A DNA stretch of 64,000 nt from positions 150,505 through 214,504 of the forward strand of contig CAWDSK010000004.1 of NCBI GenBank assembly GCA_963804995.1, written 5' to 3'. The notes beneath the pieces are model-generated. The model saw only the letters and a list, made by a program, of their open reading frames with translations. It searched no databases and was not told the DNA's origin. A program made the translations under genes and the position numbers. Origin of the DNA: an uncultured Acidobacteriota bacterium (lineage in GTDB: Bacteria; Acidobacteriota; Terriglobia; UBA7540). This document shows, one piece after another, positions 31,511 to 42,367 of the stretch. Numbering within the stretch: position 1 is the stretch's first letter; the number at the start of each line of letters is the position of its first letter.

Positions 31511-33589
31511 TTACTCATTTCCGGCCTTAAGAGGAGACCGTTGCGCCTCTGAAACCAGACGCGCGCTGAGTTGATCAAGCTCGTGGAGATCCTCGGCCGA
31601 AAGCTCTTGCGGGCCAAAGGTAAGGTAATAATAATCGATTGCGAGGCGCCGGCTGAGTTTGAGGAACTCGGCTGAAACCTTCTCCGGCAGAATGCCATCC
31701 AGGTGTTCGATAAGGCCTTGCGAAGGTGGTCGGCTGAAGCCCACTTTCTCCCAGGAGCGGTCAAGAGCTTCCCGGAGGTGCTGTAACTGCGCCTGGACTT
31801 CAAACGCTCTCGCTGGTTGGTGGTGCAAAATAGCTTGCGCGGGCCGGCCCCGCTTTTTCCGCAGCCAGTAAAGCCCCGCCCCCAGTCCCACCAACAGTGT
31901 GAGCAGGACAAGCCCGGCACGGAACGCGATCTTTGTGGCGCGCCAAAGGGTCTTTGCCACCTCGCGCCAATCACTCTGCTCGAGGAAAACCCAGGTCTCC
32001 GTTACGGAGGCGGCAAGCCACTCACCGTACTCCGAAAGTCGGCTACTTGAGCTTGCCGCGCGCCGAGCCTCGAACTCAGCCTCCGGCGTGGGATCAGCTT
32101 CGACCCACCCCTTCCCTTTGAGCAGGACCTCCACCCAGGCATGCGCATCGGCATCCCGCACCACGTAATACTCGCCGAGTTGGTTAAACTCCTGAACGTT
32201 GTAGCCGGTTACGTAACGGGCCGGGACGCCCTCAAGACGCAGCAGGAGCACGGCTGCGGTGGCGAAATACTGGCAGTAGCCGCGTTTCTTCTCAAAGAAA
32301 AATTCGGTAACCGGCTCGCGCGTCCGGAATTTCCCCACTTCGAGCGAGTACTTCGCCGCATGTTTTACGTAGTCGACAGTTTTCGAAATGCGCTCTTCCA
32401 CAGACGGCGGATTCACGGCGAGTTGCGACGCCAGCGCCGCCCAGCGGGGGTCGAGGTCCGCAGGCACAGCCAGGAAACTCTTCTCCTGAACTTGCCGGTC
32501 CGCCTCGGTGTCTTCTGCGCCCGGCAGGTTCACCACTCCATAAATAGACACCTGGGATGTAAGAGAAGGGATGATATTGTCATAGGCATCGTCCCGCAGG
32601 CTGGGCAGCGGCAGGCGCACCATCAGCTTGTTTCCCGGTGTGGCAAGCACGCCGGGGTTGGCGACGCTTTGGACGATTCGGGTCTGCGTAGCGGCCGCAG
32701 AAAATCGGGCCTCAGCCTGCGGGAAGAGAAAGGCATTCCCCGGAACATCCTCAAGCCATGGCCCTCGGGAGCCCTCCGGCACCACCGGCAGGGAGGTCCC
32801 CGCCGTAACGGTCGCCTGCCAGGTGTGTCCGTCGAAATGGACAAAGACGCGGGCGCGCAGCTTCTGGGCGCGCGTGGTCCACACCCGCAGGACGACGCGT
32901 TGCGAAAGCTGCAGGCGCTCAAGGTCGCCGAGTTGCGACTGAACCCCGAACGGATTCGCGCTGTTCGTCTCCCCGCTCAACCACCTTATGGTGGCGGCCT
33001 CAACCTTCTGCTGCAACCGCGGCAAGCTGACGCAGATCGTGACGGCCACCAGAGCACTGGCCAACGCGGTGAGCACAAGGCGCATCGAGACCATTCGCCC
33101 CCAGCGCTCGCGTTTTGTCAGCAGCAGATATACGAATCCCGCCGCTCCGGGCGTGGCGAGTAATGGGGTGATGACCGCCGTCGAGTTGAAGCAGGCCACC
33201 ACCGCCAGGCCGGTCGCCGCCGGAATGACCATCTCTCCGGGACTCCACAAGGATGTTCCGAGCAGGAACACTCCTGCCAGCAAACCCAGGCCATAACCTG
33301 AGATCAAGGTGAGCCACTTGGTGGTCCGGTCAGAAAAGAGCGGCGCGTAGGCCATCAGGACAAGTCCGAGCGTCAAGGTTGATGCCAACAGCGGCCAGGC
33401 CGCGTAGCGCGCTGACTTGACGAGCCAGCTTGGCAGCCGCTTGAACTGCCAGAAGGGCGAAACGATGGCGGGGATCCAGTAAACCCAGGCGGCGGGTTGG
33501 TTAAAGGCCGAGCCAAAAGCTGCCACGGCTGCGCAGGTGAAGATAACCAGTACGAGTTGTTCGCCGCGGGGAGTAGCTCGCACGCTCAT
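31511..33589 (-). CDS. Membrane-anchored transglutaminase-like protein (TgpA-like)
   Basis: N-terminal TM helices; GYCQYFATA, HAWVEV, DPTP triad. Confidence 0.9.
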   Translation of the reverse strand: MSVRATPRGEQLVLVIFTCAAVAAFGSAFNQPAAWVYWIPAIVSPFWQFKRLPSWLVKSARYAAWPLLASTLTLGLVLMAYAPLFSDRTTKWLTLISGYGLGLLAGVFLLGTSLWSPGEMVIPAATGLAVVACFNSTAVITPLLATPGAAGFVYLLLTKRERWGRMVSMRLVLTALASALVAVTICVSLPRLQQKVEAATIRWLSGETNSANPFGVQSQLGDLERLQLSQRVVLRVWTTRAQKLRARVFVHFDGHTWQATVTAGTSLPVVPEGSRGPWLEDVPGNAFLFPQAEARFSAAATQTRIVQSVANPGVLATPGNKLMVRLPLPSLRDDAYDNIIPSLTSQVSIYGVVNLPGAEDTEADRQVQEKSFLAVPADLDPRWAALASQLAVNPPSVEERISKTVDYVKHAAKYSLEVGKFRTREPVTEFFFEKKRGYCQYFATAAVLLLRLEGVPARYVTGYNVQEFNQLGEYYVVRDADAHAWVEVLLKGKGWVEADPTPEAEFEARRAASSSSRLSEYGEWLAASVTETWVFLEQSDWREVAKTLWRATKIAFRAGLVLLTLLVGLGAGLYWLRKKRGRPAQAILHHQPARAFEVQAQLQHLREALDRSWEKVGFSRPPSQGLIEHLDGILPEKVSAEFLKLSRRLAIDYYYLTFGPQELSAEDLHELDQLSARLVSEAQRSPLKAGNE

Positions 33590-34851
33590 TTACGCTTCCC
33601 GGGGGAGGCCAGAAGATCTTCGACATCTTTTGGGGTGAGCTGGCTGATCTCACCCAAATCCGCACTGACCCGCTGCCAGGGCAGTTCGGTGGGCCCTTCG
33701 TGGACGATAATGGACCGCACTGCGGTGCCCTGATCCTTAACGCGGCGCAGGAAGTTTTCGCGCCCGGCATCCCAATCCTGCAACACCGCCACCACCGAGG
33801 TTATCTGGGCGAGTTTTTCAAACAGGTGCGGACCGATGGTCTGGAAGGGTTCGGAGTAGCACGGTTCGATACACGCCAGCACATCCAGGATGTTTTCAAG
33901 ATAGGCCAGGCTGCGGCCGGCACTCACTTCATACACATCGGGGCCCGCCGCCAGAATATCCACAATGTATTCGCTGCGGGAGAAGAAATCCGCAATGGAA
34001 GCAAGCACAGAGATTCCCGCCTCGAAAGCCTTCTCTTCGCGTGGGCCGTGATGCCAGGGCAGGAACGTATCAAGAACCAGCGCGATGCGGCAAAAGTACT
34101 CCTCTTGATACTCCTTAACGACCGGCTCCCCGCGGCGCGCCCAGGAACGCCAGTGGATATTCTTTACCGGGTCGCCCTCACGATATTCGCGCGTGCCCAC
34201 GAATTCGATGGCGTCCCCGTTGCTCGACGACAGCGGGATACCTCCCGGCTGATAGCGGCGGCCCAGCGGAATGTTGAATTCCTCCAGCGTATAGAAGCGG
34301 GGGTACGCGAACACCACCTGATCCGGCAACGCTCTGGCTCGGGTAGCCGCCAGTCGCAGGGGATCGGTTGACCTCAGCGCCGGCCCGCGCAATGTGTAGC
34401 GCCCGCGCCGGGAGATTTCGACCTCAACCTGCGCTTGGGCCGTTCCGCCAGGATCGAGATCGAAGTAGCTGGCCCGGGGTGTGAAACGCACGCTACTCCC
34501 CCAGTGGCGCGGTTGGGGCAGGCTGAATTGGAGGTCGCTCCTTCCCCGCCCGTTGGTCGCGATGCGAGCGCGAACCATCACGGGCATGAGCGCCGTGAGG
34601 CGGGTAGGTAACTGGCAATCGATCTGGAGCTTGGGGGCGGGAAGAAATGCGAAGAAGAAAGCCACCAGCAAGATCCCTGCGGAGGCCGAAAACAGCACAA
34701 AAACCTGGGTGCGCCGTGTGTCAAGGCCCAGCACCGCCAGTACCACGACGAACCAGAACAGGTACCGGCCGCGCGGGGTCAGACGTTCGCGGTATTGTTC
34801 GACGAACGTCCTGAGGACGGGGATTTCATTCAGCGAACGCGCCATGCTCAC
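33586..34851 (-). CDS. DUF58 domain protein
   Basis: EFVGTREYREGDPVKNIHWRSWAR..VVKEYQEE. Confidence 0.92.
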   Translation of the reverse strand: MSMARSLNEIPVLRTFVEQYRERLTPRGRYLFWFVVVLAVLGLDTRRTQVFVLFSASAGILLVAFFFAFLPAPKLQIDCQLPTRLTALMPVMVRARIATNGRGRSDLQFSLPQPRHWGSSVRFTPRASYFDLDPGGTAQAQVEVEISRRGRYTLRGPALRSTDPLRLAATRARALPDQVVFAYPRFYTLEEFNIPLGRRYQPGGIPLSSSNGDAIEFVGTREYREGDPVKNIHWRSWARRGEPVVKEYQEEYFCRIALVLDTFLPWHHGPREEKAFEAGISVLASIADFFSRSEYIVDILAAGPDVYEVSAGRSLAYLENILDVLACIEPCYSEPFQTIGPHLFEKLAQITSVVAVLQDWDAGRENFLRRVKDQGTAVRSIIVHEGPTELPWQRVSADLGEISQLTPKDVEDLLASPGKRK

Positions 34852-35795
34852 ACCGTAATGGGAACCTTGCCCAGGATTTCCCGAACCACATCTTCCTTGG
34901 CAACGCCGCTGTACTTGGCCTTGGTATCAAGGGCCAGGCGGTGCGCCAGGGTACAGACGGCAACGGCTTTCACGTCTTCGGGAATCGCATAGTCGCGCCG
35001 CGAAAGGAAGGCGTGGGCCTGGGCCGTACGGAACAACAGCAGCGTTCCGCGGGGCGAGCAGCCCATCCGCAGGTAGCCGTGGTGGCGAGTGGCGTCGGCC
35101 AAATCGACAATGTAGTGCGCAATGCGCTGATCCACTTTGACGGCGCGAACCGCCGTCTGCAGCTCGCAGATCACCGCGCCATCGAGCACCGGGGTGACAT
35201 CGTCGAGCGGGTGATGGTGGAATTGGCTGTAGAGAACGTCCACCTCCTGTTCCCTCGCCGGGTAACCAAGATTGAACTTCATGCCAAAACGATCCAGTTG
35301 CGCCTCGGGCAGCGGGTAGGTGCCATGAAACTCAATGGGATTTTGGGTGGCGATGACCAGAAACGGCGTGGGGAGCGGATAGGTCTTCCCTTCAATCGAG
35401 GCCTGGCGCTCGCTCATCGCCTCCAGCAGACTGGATTGAGTTCGCGGCGAAGCGCGATTGATTTCGTCAGCCAGCAGGATATTCGTAAAGATCGGACCCT
35501 CTTTAAAAGTAAAGGCGCCGTCGCGTGGGTTGTATACGGAAGACCCCAGGATGTCAGTGGGAAGCAGGTCAGGAGTAAACTGCACGCGCTTGAAATCCGC
35601 GGCAAGCGACCTGGCGAGAGCCTTGGCCAGCGTGGTCTTGCCCACTCCGGGGACATCCTCCATCAGGATGTGGCCGCCACTCAAAAGGGCGATAACCAGG
35701 TTCTCAATCACTTCACTCTTGCCGAGAATGACGCGCCCGAGCTGTTCCTGAAGTTTCTGGAGAGTCGCAGCGTGACGATCGTTAAGTTCAGCCAT
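34848..35795 (-). CDS. moxR: MoxR family AAA+ ATPase
   Basis: EDVPGVGKT, QFTPDLLPTD, LADEINR, ATQNPIE. Confidence 0.95.
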   Translation of the reverse strand: MAELNDRHAATLQKLQEQLGRVILGKSEVIENLVIALLSGGHILMEDVPGVGKTTLAKALARSLAADFKRVQFTPDLLPTDILGSSVYNPRDGAFTFKEGPIFTNILLADEINRASPRTQSSLLEAMSERQASIEGKTYPLPTPFLVIATQNPIEFHGTYPLPEAQLDRFGMKFNLGYPAREQEVDVLYSQFHHHPLDDVTPVLDGAVICELQTAVRAVKVDQRIAHYIVDLADATRHHGYLRMGCSPRGTLLLFRTAQAHAFLSRRDYAIPEDVKAVAVCTLAHRLALDTKAKYSGVAKEDVVREILGKVPITV

Positions 35796-36157
35796 GGTTG
35801 GGGAGCCCGCAGGTCGAAGCAAGTTGAAAAAATTGTGACCGTTGCGATTATATACGATCCCCAATCGAAATCTAGACCCGCAAGGGCAGGTGGTGCGCAT
35901 CGTGGCCGCACCGAAGACACCTTGCGGGGGGCTGGGCTGCCAGCTCGCCTCTCGCTCGCTGCCTACCGCCTGCTGCCTTCTGCCTACTGCTCTGCTCTCC
36001 CCTGTATTTTTTTCACATCTAAATGCCTTTCCATGAGAAATTTACCTTTACACGGCGCGATGGTCTGGAGCAAGTGCTGGACAGGCAATTGGATAGCGAT
36101 TGGCGAGCAGCTTGCTCTATTCCACGGGATCTAAGGATTCCATCGGAGGTTAGAAAC

Positions 36158-36916
36158 ATGTACAAAAGAGCAACCATTTGCCTGACCATGGTATTCGCAC
36201 TGGCTCTTCCTGCGCTTGCGGATTCAACTCGTGAAGACAACGTACGGCGCATCCAGGATTCCGCCCAGATCTTTGAGGAAATCATGGGCGCCCCGGACAA
36301 ATCCATTCCGCAGGATTTGCTGCAATCCGCCGAGTGCCTGGCGATCATTCCCGGCGAAATGAAGTTCGCCTTTATCGTGGGTGGGAACTACGGGAAGGGG
36401 GTTGTCACTTGCCGCACCGATAAGGGTTGGAGCGCCCCCGTGTTCCTGTCAGTGGGGGGCGGCAGTGTGGGATTTCAAATCGGTGGGTCCTCAACCGATC
36501 TGGTCCTGGTTTTCCGCGGACGAAAAGGGCTCCAGAAGCTTCTGAGTGATAAATTCCAGATTGGCGGTGATGCCACGGCCGCTGCCGGACCGGTGGGAAG
36601 GCATGCCGCCGCGGAAACGGATATCAAGATGCGCGCCGAAATCCTCACCTACTCACGCAGCCGGGGAGTGTTTGCCGGCATCAGCCTGAATGGAGCCGTC
36701 GTACAGCCGGATGAAAAGGGGAACGTTGCTATGTACGGCCGGCAAACCGATAAGGAAGACATTCTCAATGGCAAGGTCGCTGTCCCGGAGGAGGCCACCG
36801 TGCTGGTCAAGGCCCTCAACCAAGGAACTCACAAGTCGGCTCCCCCTAGTGCACCACCGCCGACCGGTGCACCACCACCGACCGGTGCACCCCCTGCCGG
36901 TGCGAAACCGCTCTGA
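36158..36916 (+). CDS. Lipid-binding SYLF/YSC84 domain secreted protein
   Basis: Signal peptide; GGSVGFQIGG, AAAGPVGR, YSRSRGVFAGISL. Confidence 0.9.
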   Translation: MYKRATICLTMVFALALPALADSTREDNVRRIQDSAQIFEEIMGAPDKSIPQDLLQSAECLAIIPGEMKFAFIVGGNYGKGVVTCRTDKGWSAPVFLSVGGGSVGFQIGGSSTDLVLVFRGRKGLQKLLSDKFQIGGDATAAAGPVGRHAAAETDIKMRAEILTYSRSRGVFAGISLNGAVVQPDEKGNVAMYGRQTDKEDILNGKVAVPEEATVLVKALNQGTHKSAPPSAPPPTGAPPPTGAPPAGAKPL

Positions 36917-36952
36917 GAAATAACAAACCTGCCGCTCGTTGATGCAGCAATC

Positions 36953-37100
36953 GTAGCGCAGACCTCCGCCGTTGAGGTCTGCGGCTCTTCCCGTGCCATT
37001 TGAGTGAATGTATCGTGGCAAAGGCTCCGCCCGGGTTGGGGGTTTGTGTGTTTGGCGAACGAATAATCGCGGACCCCCCGAAGGGGGAACTGGACTACGC
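36953..37100 (+). repeat. REP-like family C (also ~38025-38060, ~28032-28062, and the intron-split copy 39239-39244/41158-41288)
   Basis: GTAGCGCAGACCTCCGCC(G/T)TTGAGGTCTGCGG hairpin plus a shared downstream segment ending CTACG. Confidence 0.85.
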
Positions 37101-37166
37101 AAAAGGTCCGCGGCTTTTCATACCCACCCGGGCTCGCCCGCCCTCAGTATATTCTGCGGCGGAAGA

Positions 37167-37826
37167 TTACTTCGGTTGGGGAACAATCCGAAGATAGGGT
37201 CTGGGCGCTTTCCAGCCCCCAGGGTACTGCTCTTTCGCTTCCGCGTCTGATACCGCCCCGGAGATGATTACATCCCCGCCTGGCTTCCAATTCACAGGCG
37301 TGGAAACCTTGTATTTGGTGGTGAGCTGGATGGAATCGAGCACGCGCAGCACTTCGTCAAAGTTGCGTCCCGTGCTCATCGGGTAGCTGAGCATCAGCTT
37401 AATTTTCTTGTCCGGGCCGATCACGAAGACCGTGCGCACGGTGGCATTAGTCGCGGCCGTACGGCCCTCGGAAGTGTCTCCGGCGTCGGCCGGCAACATG
37501 TCATAGAGCTTGGCGACTTTAAGCTGCGGGTCGCCGATCAGAGGATACTTCACCTTGTGACCCTGCGTTTCTTCGATGTCCGTTGACCATTTGCTGTGAC
37601 TGCTCACCGGGTCAACGCTCAGCCCGATGATCTTGCAATTGCGTTTTGCAAAGTCCGGCTCCAGACCCGCCATGTAGCCGAGTTCCGTGGTGCATACGGG
37701 AGTGAAATCTTTAGGATGGGAAAACAGGATGGCCCAGCCATCACCGATCCATTCATGGAACTTGATGGTTCCCTGGGTGGTTTCAGCGACGAAGTCCGGG
37801 GCCGTGTCATTGATGCGTAGTGACAT
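37167..37826 (-). CDS. 1-Cys peroxiredoxin (Prx6)
   Basis: LFSHPKDFTPVCTTEL, YPMSTGRNFDE. Confidence 0.95.
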   Translation of the reverse strand: MSLRINDTAPDFVAETTQGTIKFHEWIGDGWAILFSHPKDFTPVCTTELGYMAGLEPDFAKRNCKIIGLSVDPVSSHSKWSTDIEETQGHKVKYPLIGDPQLKVAKLYDMLPADAGDTSEGRTAATNATVRTVFVIGPDKKIKLMLSYPMSTGRNFDEVLRVLDSIQLTTKYKVSTPVNWKPGGDVIISGAVSDAEAKEQYPGGWKAPRPYLRIVPQPK

Positions 37827-38296
37827 GGTGCGCTCCTTGCGTGGGATTTAATTGTTGAAAATAGCCCGAAAAATCATAGTAGCTATGGCCGTTCTTTCCT
37901 GTCAACCCGATTTTCCGGTTCCGAATCTTCGATTGAACCTTCCCTCTTCACCGCAAAGCCGGGGTAGCACAATTAGCTGCCAGCAGTTCCTACTCTGCCA
38001 TGTGAGCGAATGTACGAAATAGGGGTAGCGCAGACCTCCGCCTTTGAGGTCTGCGGTTCTTCCCGTGCTAATTATGTGTGTGTATCGTAGCAAGGACCCC
38101 GCCCATCTTGGAGATCTGTGAGTTCTGCAAATGAAGAACTGCCGGAAGGTTTGAAGGACTCACCGCTGAGGCGCTGAGACGTAGAGAAGAGGCCTTTGCT
38201 TTTCAAATCTCTGCGCCTCCGCGCCTCTGCGGTGAGAAGCATCTTCCTACGTCGTTTGAGAAAATGTATACAAGCTAAGAAGCAACCGCGCGCAGC

Positions 38297-38968
38297 TCAG
38301 TAAACGTAAGGCAGCAGCCGCCATGTGTGGCGGCGGTAGGATTCGAAATCGGCGCCGAAGTGCTCAGCGAGCAGGCGTTCTTCCTGGCCGATGCGCAGCA
38401 GCACAAAGGTCAGGTTCCAAGCCAATGCCACAAACACCAGCCAACTACGAAAAACCAATCCCATCCCCGTCATGGCGACCACTGCGCCCAGGTACATGGG
38501 ATGCCGCACGCGCGAGTAAAGCCCCGCCTGCACAAGCTGGTGTTGGTCCTGCACGGTGACGTATCCGCTGAACTGCTTGCCCAGCGACCAGAACCCTGCC
38601 AGTCGGATCACTGAACCTGCCAGGCAGAGGGCGAACCCCGCCCACCGCAGGGCGGCCCCGTCCGCGAAGGTCAGGAGGCCGCGCCGGTCGGCAAAGGGAA
38701 AAAAGAGCAGGAAAAAGAAGCCGCTCACCATATAGACGCGCAGCAGGCCGCAACCCACCACCTGCGACCCCTTACCGAACGGCTGGGCGCTCAGGCGGGG
38801 AACGAATATGGCCAGCGAGCCGAGCACCACGAGGGCTACATACCCCGTGCGCGCCGGGTCACGAAAGAACCCACCCACATCGTCAATGCCCCAGCCCAGT
38901 AAGAGCGGGAGGATGGTAATCCCCAAATAAAAGACATACCGCCAAAGCAGCTTTACAAACTTCATCAT
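38297..38968 (-). CDS. Isoprenylcysteine carboxyl methyltransferase family membrane protein
   Basis: HQLVQAGLYSRVRHPMY...EERLL..FG..F..Y. Confidence 0.9.
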   Translation of the reverse strand: MMKFVKLLWRYVFYLGITILPLLLGWGIDDVGGFFRDPARTGYVALVVLGSLAIFVPRLSAQPFGKGSQVVGCGLLRVYMVSGFFFLLFFPFADRRGLLTFADGAALRWAGFALCLAGSVIRLAGFWSLGKQFSGYVTVQDQHQLVQAGLYSRVRHPMYLGAVVAMTGMGLVFRSWLVFVALAWNLTFVLLRIGQEERLLAEHFGADFESYRRHTWRLLPYVY

Positions 38969-39244
38969 CACCTCGCGGCGCACCGGTTATCACGCCCGCC
39001 GAGGACTATACTTCCTTAGCGCCAGGCAAGCAATCGCCAGATCGGGTCGAGCAAACCTAGCGCCCCGATACATCGGGGCGGTTCTTCGTGTGCCATGTGA
39101 GCGAATGTAGCCGCCCGCGTTTGGGGGTCTGTGGGTTTTGCTCACGAAGAACCGCGGACCCCAAAACCGGGGGACCGCGGCACTACAAGACATGCCCGCG
39201 CCACGTTCGCTGCGAACGATGCCGAGGCTGCAAACGTCGTAGCG

Positions 39245-41157
39245 GTTGCGGTAGGGATACCGGTTACCCGGTACCCCCCGCACGGATCCGTACGTGCGCT
39301 GGTTAGCGCATACGGCTCTTATCTCGGATGTGTGGCGGCGAACCGTTGGGATGGCCAAGGATGCACAACGTGCGGAGCAGGCAACCAGCAGGCCGCAAGC
39401 TTCCCCAGTCGGTCCCAGTTGAGGCGGTGGCGTTGACTGCGTTGACGCAGTTGTGTTCGCCACAGTCGGGTCAACCGTTCCCGAAAGATTCGCAGGCGGT
39501 TGAGGTTTCCCGGTACCGCGTGATAGTTGAAGTAGCCTTGCACGACCGACCGGAGCCATTTACCCGTATCCGCGATGGGATCGTGCCGACGCTGCCGGAG
39601 TTGTTGCTTGAGTTCCTGCAACTTCCCCCGCAGGCGCTTGCTGATCGTCTTCCGCTTCACGGTAAATTGCCCCCTCCGGTTCTTCCCGCTGATATGCGTG
39701 AAGCCCAGAAAGTCGAACGTCTCCGGCTTACCTTCTCCTCTCCGTTTCCGGTAAAGTTCGGCAAACGGCCCGAACTCGATCCGGCGCGTTTTGTCAGGAT
39801 GCAGTTCCAATCCAAACTTCCCCACCCGCTCCCGGAAATCCTCCAGAAAGCGGTCGGCTTCCGTCTGCGATTGGAATCCAAGGACCGTATCGTCGGCATA
39901 CCGCACCACGACCACGTCTCCCCGGGCGTGCTTCTTGCGCCACGCCTGCACCCACAGGTCAAAGACGTAGTGCAGATAGATATTCGCCAGCAGGGGCGAG
40001 ACCACCGCCCCTTGTGGCGTACCCATCTCCGTCTCCGACCATTCGCCTTCCTCCCTCACCCCGGCTTTCAGCCATTTCTGGATGAGCCGGAGAATCCGGG
40101 GGTCGGCGACGCGATGCTGCACGAACTTGAGCATCCATTCGTGGGATATCGAATCGAAAAATCCACGAATGTCCGCGTCAAGAACGTAGTTCACGTGCTT
40201 CACCGTGAGCGCGTACGAGAGCGCGTCCAGCGCTTGATGCTGGCTGCGTCCCGGTCGAAAGCCATACGAGAAGCCCAGAAAGTCTTCCTCGTAAATCGCA
40301 TTGAGGATGGTGACCACGGCCTGTTGGACGATCTTGTCCTCCAGTGCCGCAACCCCCAACGGACGTTGCCGCCCGTCGCCTTTCGGGATATACGCCCTTC
40401 GCGAGGGCTTCGCTCGGAATGCTCCGCGGTGGACCCGGCTGTGCAGATCGACGAGTCGACCTTCCAGCCCGCTTTCATACTCCTGCCACGTCATGCCGTC
40501 TACTCCCGGTGCAGCTTTTCGCTTCAAGGCGTAAAAGCTTTCCCGCAGCAGATCGACCGTTAAGTGGTGGAGCAAGGCCGTGAACTTCATCTCCCTGTGT
40601 TCCTTCGCGGCTTTCCGCACACCCGCGAGTCCCTGGGACACGCGTGCCCCGCTCTGTGTCGGGTGCGTGTTAGGCCAACGGGTGTTCTCCTTGATCAGCG
40701 GCCTTCCCTCCTCATTCTCCGCCAACGGCTTCCCGTCTTTGTTCAAATGATTCATCGGTACTGTTCCGCTGTCCGACTCCTCGAAAGCGTGCAGGCGGGC
40801 TGTACGGCCATCGCCTTTTCCCGCCGTCCGGCCACGATCTACGGCGGCCGGCGCCTCCGAGGTCTCCCGGTTCTCGTGCAGAAAGTGTCTAGGCGTGTCT
40901 GGGGTCTACGACTACGCAGGACTGTGCCGGAACTCGCGTTGGCGTCCCGGCCTCATGTTGCCTTCCGTTTAGTCTGAAAACGTCGGCGTCCTGATTGGAC
41001 ATTTTCGAAGCTCAATACCCAGCCCACCTATTCCCCTGTTTACGCTTCACCGTGCGCCTCACGACGCCCAGCGCAAAACTCGGGGCCGAGTGGATCGCTA
41101 CTCCTTCCTCGTGAGAAATTTTCATTCTCTGCTTTCTGCCGGTTTATCCCGGCGCAC
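39245..41157 (-). mobile_element. Group II intron 2 (1913 nt), inserted in a REP-like repeat
   Basis: 5' GTGCG at 41157; domain V GAGCCGTATGCG..CGCACGTACGGATC; ends CCCTACCGCAAC. Confidence 0.92.
39319..40755 (-). CDS. ltrA: Group II intron reverse transcriptase/maturase; start uncertain
   Basis: KFTALLHH, AAPGVDG, PQGAVVSPLLAN, RYADD, GYFNYHAVPGN. Confidence 0.95.
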   Translation of the reverse strand: MNHLNKDGKPLAENEEGRPLIKENTRWPNTHPTQSGARVSQGLAGVRKAAKEHREMKFTALLHHLTVDLLRESFYALKRKAAPGVDGMTWQEYESGLEGRLVDLHSRVHRGAFRAKPSRRAYIPKGDGRQRPLGVAALEDKIVQQAVVTILNAIYEEDFLGFSYGFRPGRSQHQALDALSYALTVKHVNYVLDADIRGFFDSISHEWMLKFVQHRVADPRILRLIQKWLKAGVREEGEWSETEMGTPQGAVVSPLLANIYLHYVFDLWVQAWRKKHARGDVVVVRYADDTVLGFQSQTEADRFLEDFRERVGKFGLELHPDKTRRIEFGPFAELYRKRRGEGKPETFDFLGFTHISGKNRRGQFTVKRKTISKRLRGKLQELKQQLRQRRHDPIADTGKWLRSVVQGYFNYHAVPGNLNRLRIFRERLTRLWRTQLRQRSQRHRLNWDRLGKLAACWLPAPHVVHPWPSQRFAATHPR

Positions 41158-41311
41158 CAGACCTCCGCCGTTGAGGTCTGCGGCTCTACGTCTGCCAACT
41201 AAGCGAATGTATCGTGGCAAGGAACGAGGCGTTGTGCAGCTTTGCGAATGAAGAACCGCGGACCCCAAAACCGGGGGACCGCGCTACGGAACACTTCCGC
41301 ACAATCCGTCC

Positions 41312-42367
41312 TCACAACCCACTATGGCAGGGAGTAAGCGCTGGGCGATCCTCAGGCATCGCAGCCGGCAAATTGAAAGGCAGTGTCATCTGCGGGTGGC
41401 GCGCCCCCGCCGGCATTTCTCCCCGGCTGCCCTCCAGGCCGTAGCGTCGCCGGACGTCCGCCAGCAATTTCGTCATCTGTTCTTTGTACTCACCCTGCAA
41501 ATACGCCGAGCGCGCGTAAAGCTTCCGGTAGCGCTTCACGAGGCGCGGGAATTCCGCTTCGAGAAACGGCATGAACTGCTTCATGGCGGAAGGCATCAGG
41601 AACAGCAGATTGCCATACAGAAACGCCGCGCCCGCTTCCGCCACTTGACTGGCCAGCCGATCAAGTGCCGCCGGTGAATCATTGAGCCCGGGAAGAATGG
41701 GCATAACGTTCACGCCCACGCGGATTCCAGCTTCCGCCAGGACCCGCACCGCCTCCAGGCGCTTGGCGGGCGTGGGGGCCTTAGGCTCAAGCTTGCGCGC
41801 CAGGCGCTCATCGAGTGTGGTCACCGTCATGTGCACGCTGAAGCGGTGCCGGGAAGAGATGGTTTGGAGCAAATCCACATCGCGCAGGATCAGAACAGAT
41901 TTGGTGGTGATGGAAAAATCCAGGCCGGTGAATTCCGCGAAGATTCGAAGCATGCGCCGGGTGATTTCAAACTGTTTCTCCGCCGGCTGGTAGGGGTCCG
42001 TCGCCGTCCCCAGGGCGATGGGCAGACCCTTGTCGCGAGCCTGGCGCAACTCCCCGCGCAGCAGTTCCGGGGCATCAACCTTGGCGTAGATTTTTCGCTC
42101 GAAGTCGCGGCCATCCCACATCTCCATGAACTCGTGGGTGTAGCGGGCATAACAGTATTTGCAGCCGAATTCACAGCCGCGGTAGGGGTTGAGGGTCCAG
42201 GCAAAAGGCATGCGGCCGCTGGACTCGCGGTTAAGGGCGGAGCGCACCGGGATACTGAAGTATTCCACCTCCGCCCGCTCACGCACCCGAGGGCTTTCTG
42301 CCGCAAGCCGGGCAATGCCAACAAGCCCTTTATTTGCAGTAGATTCCCTGACAAGTGAGCAACCCAT
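41312..42367 (-). CDS. Radical SAM protein (spore photoproduct lyase-like / Rv2578c family)
   Basis: LNPYRGCEFGCKYCYAR, GTATDPYQP.E. Confidence 0.92.
   Translation of the reverse strand: MGCSLVRESTANKGLVGIARLAAESPRVRERAEVEYFSIPVRSALNRESSGRMPFAWTLNPYRGCEFGCKYCYARYTHEFMEMWDGRDFERKIYAKVDAPELLRGELRQARDKGLPIALGTATDPYQPAEKQFEITRRMLRIFAEFTGLDFSITTKSVLILRDVDLLQTISSRHRFSVHMTVTTLDERLARKLEPKAPTPAKRLEAVRVLAEAGIRVGVNVMPILPGLNDSPAALDRLASQVAEAGAAFLYGNLLFLMPSAMKQFMPFLEAEFPRLVKRYRKLYARSAYLQGEYKEQMTKLLADVRRRYGLEGSRGEMPAGARHPQMTLPFNLPAAMPEDRPALTPCHSGL

Noticed and set aside
36840..36905. PPTGA tandem repeats at the end of the SYLF gene
   Set aside because: Ordinary Pro-rich low-complexity tail
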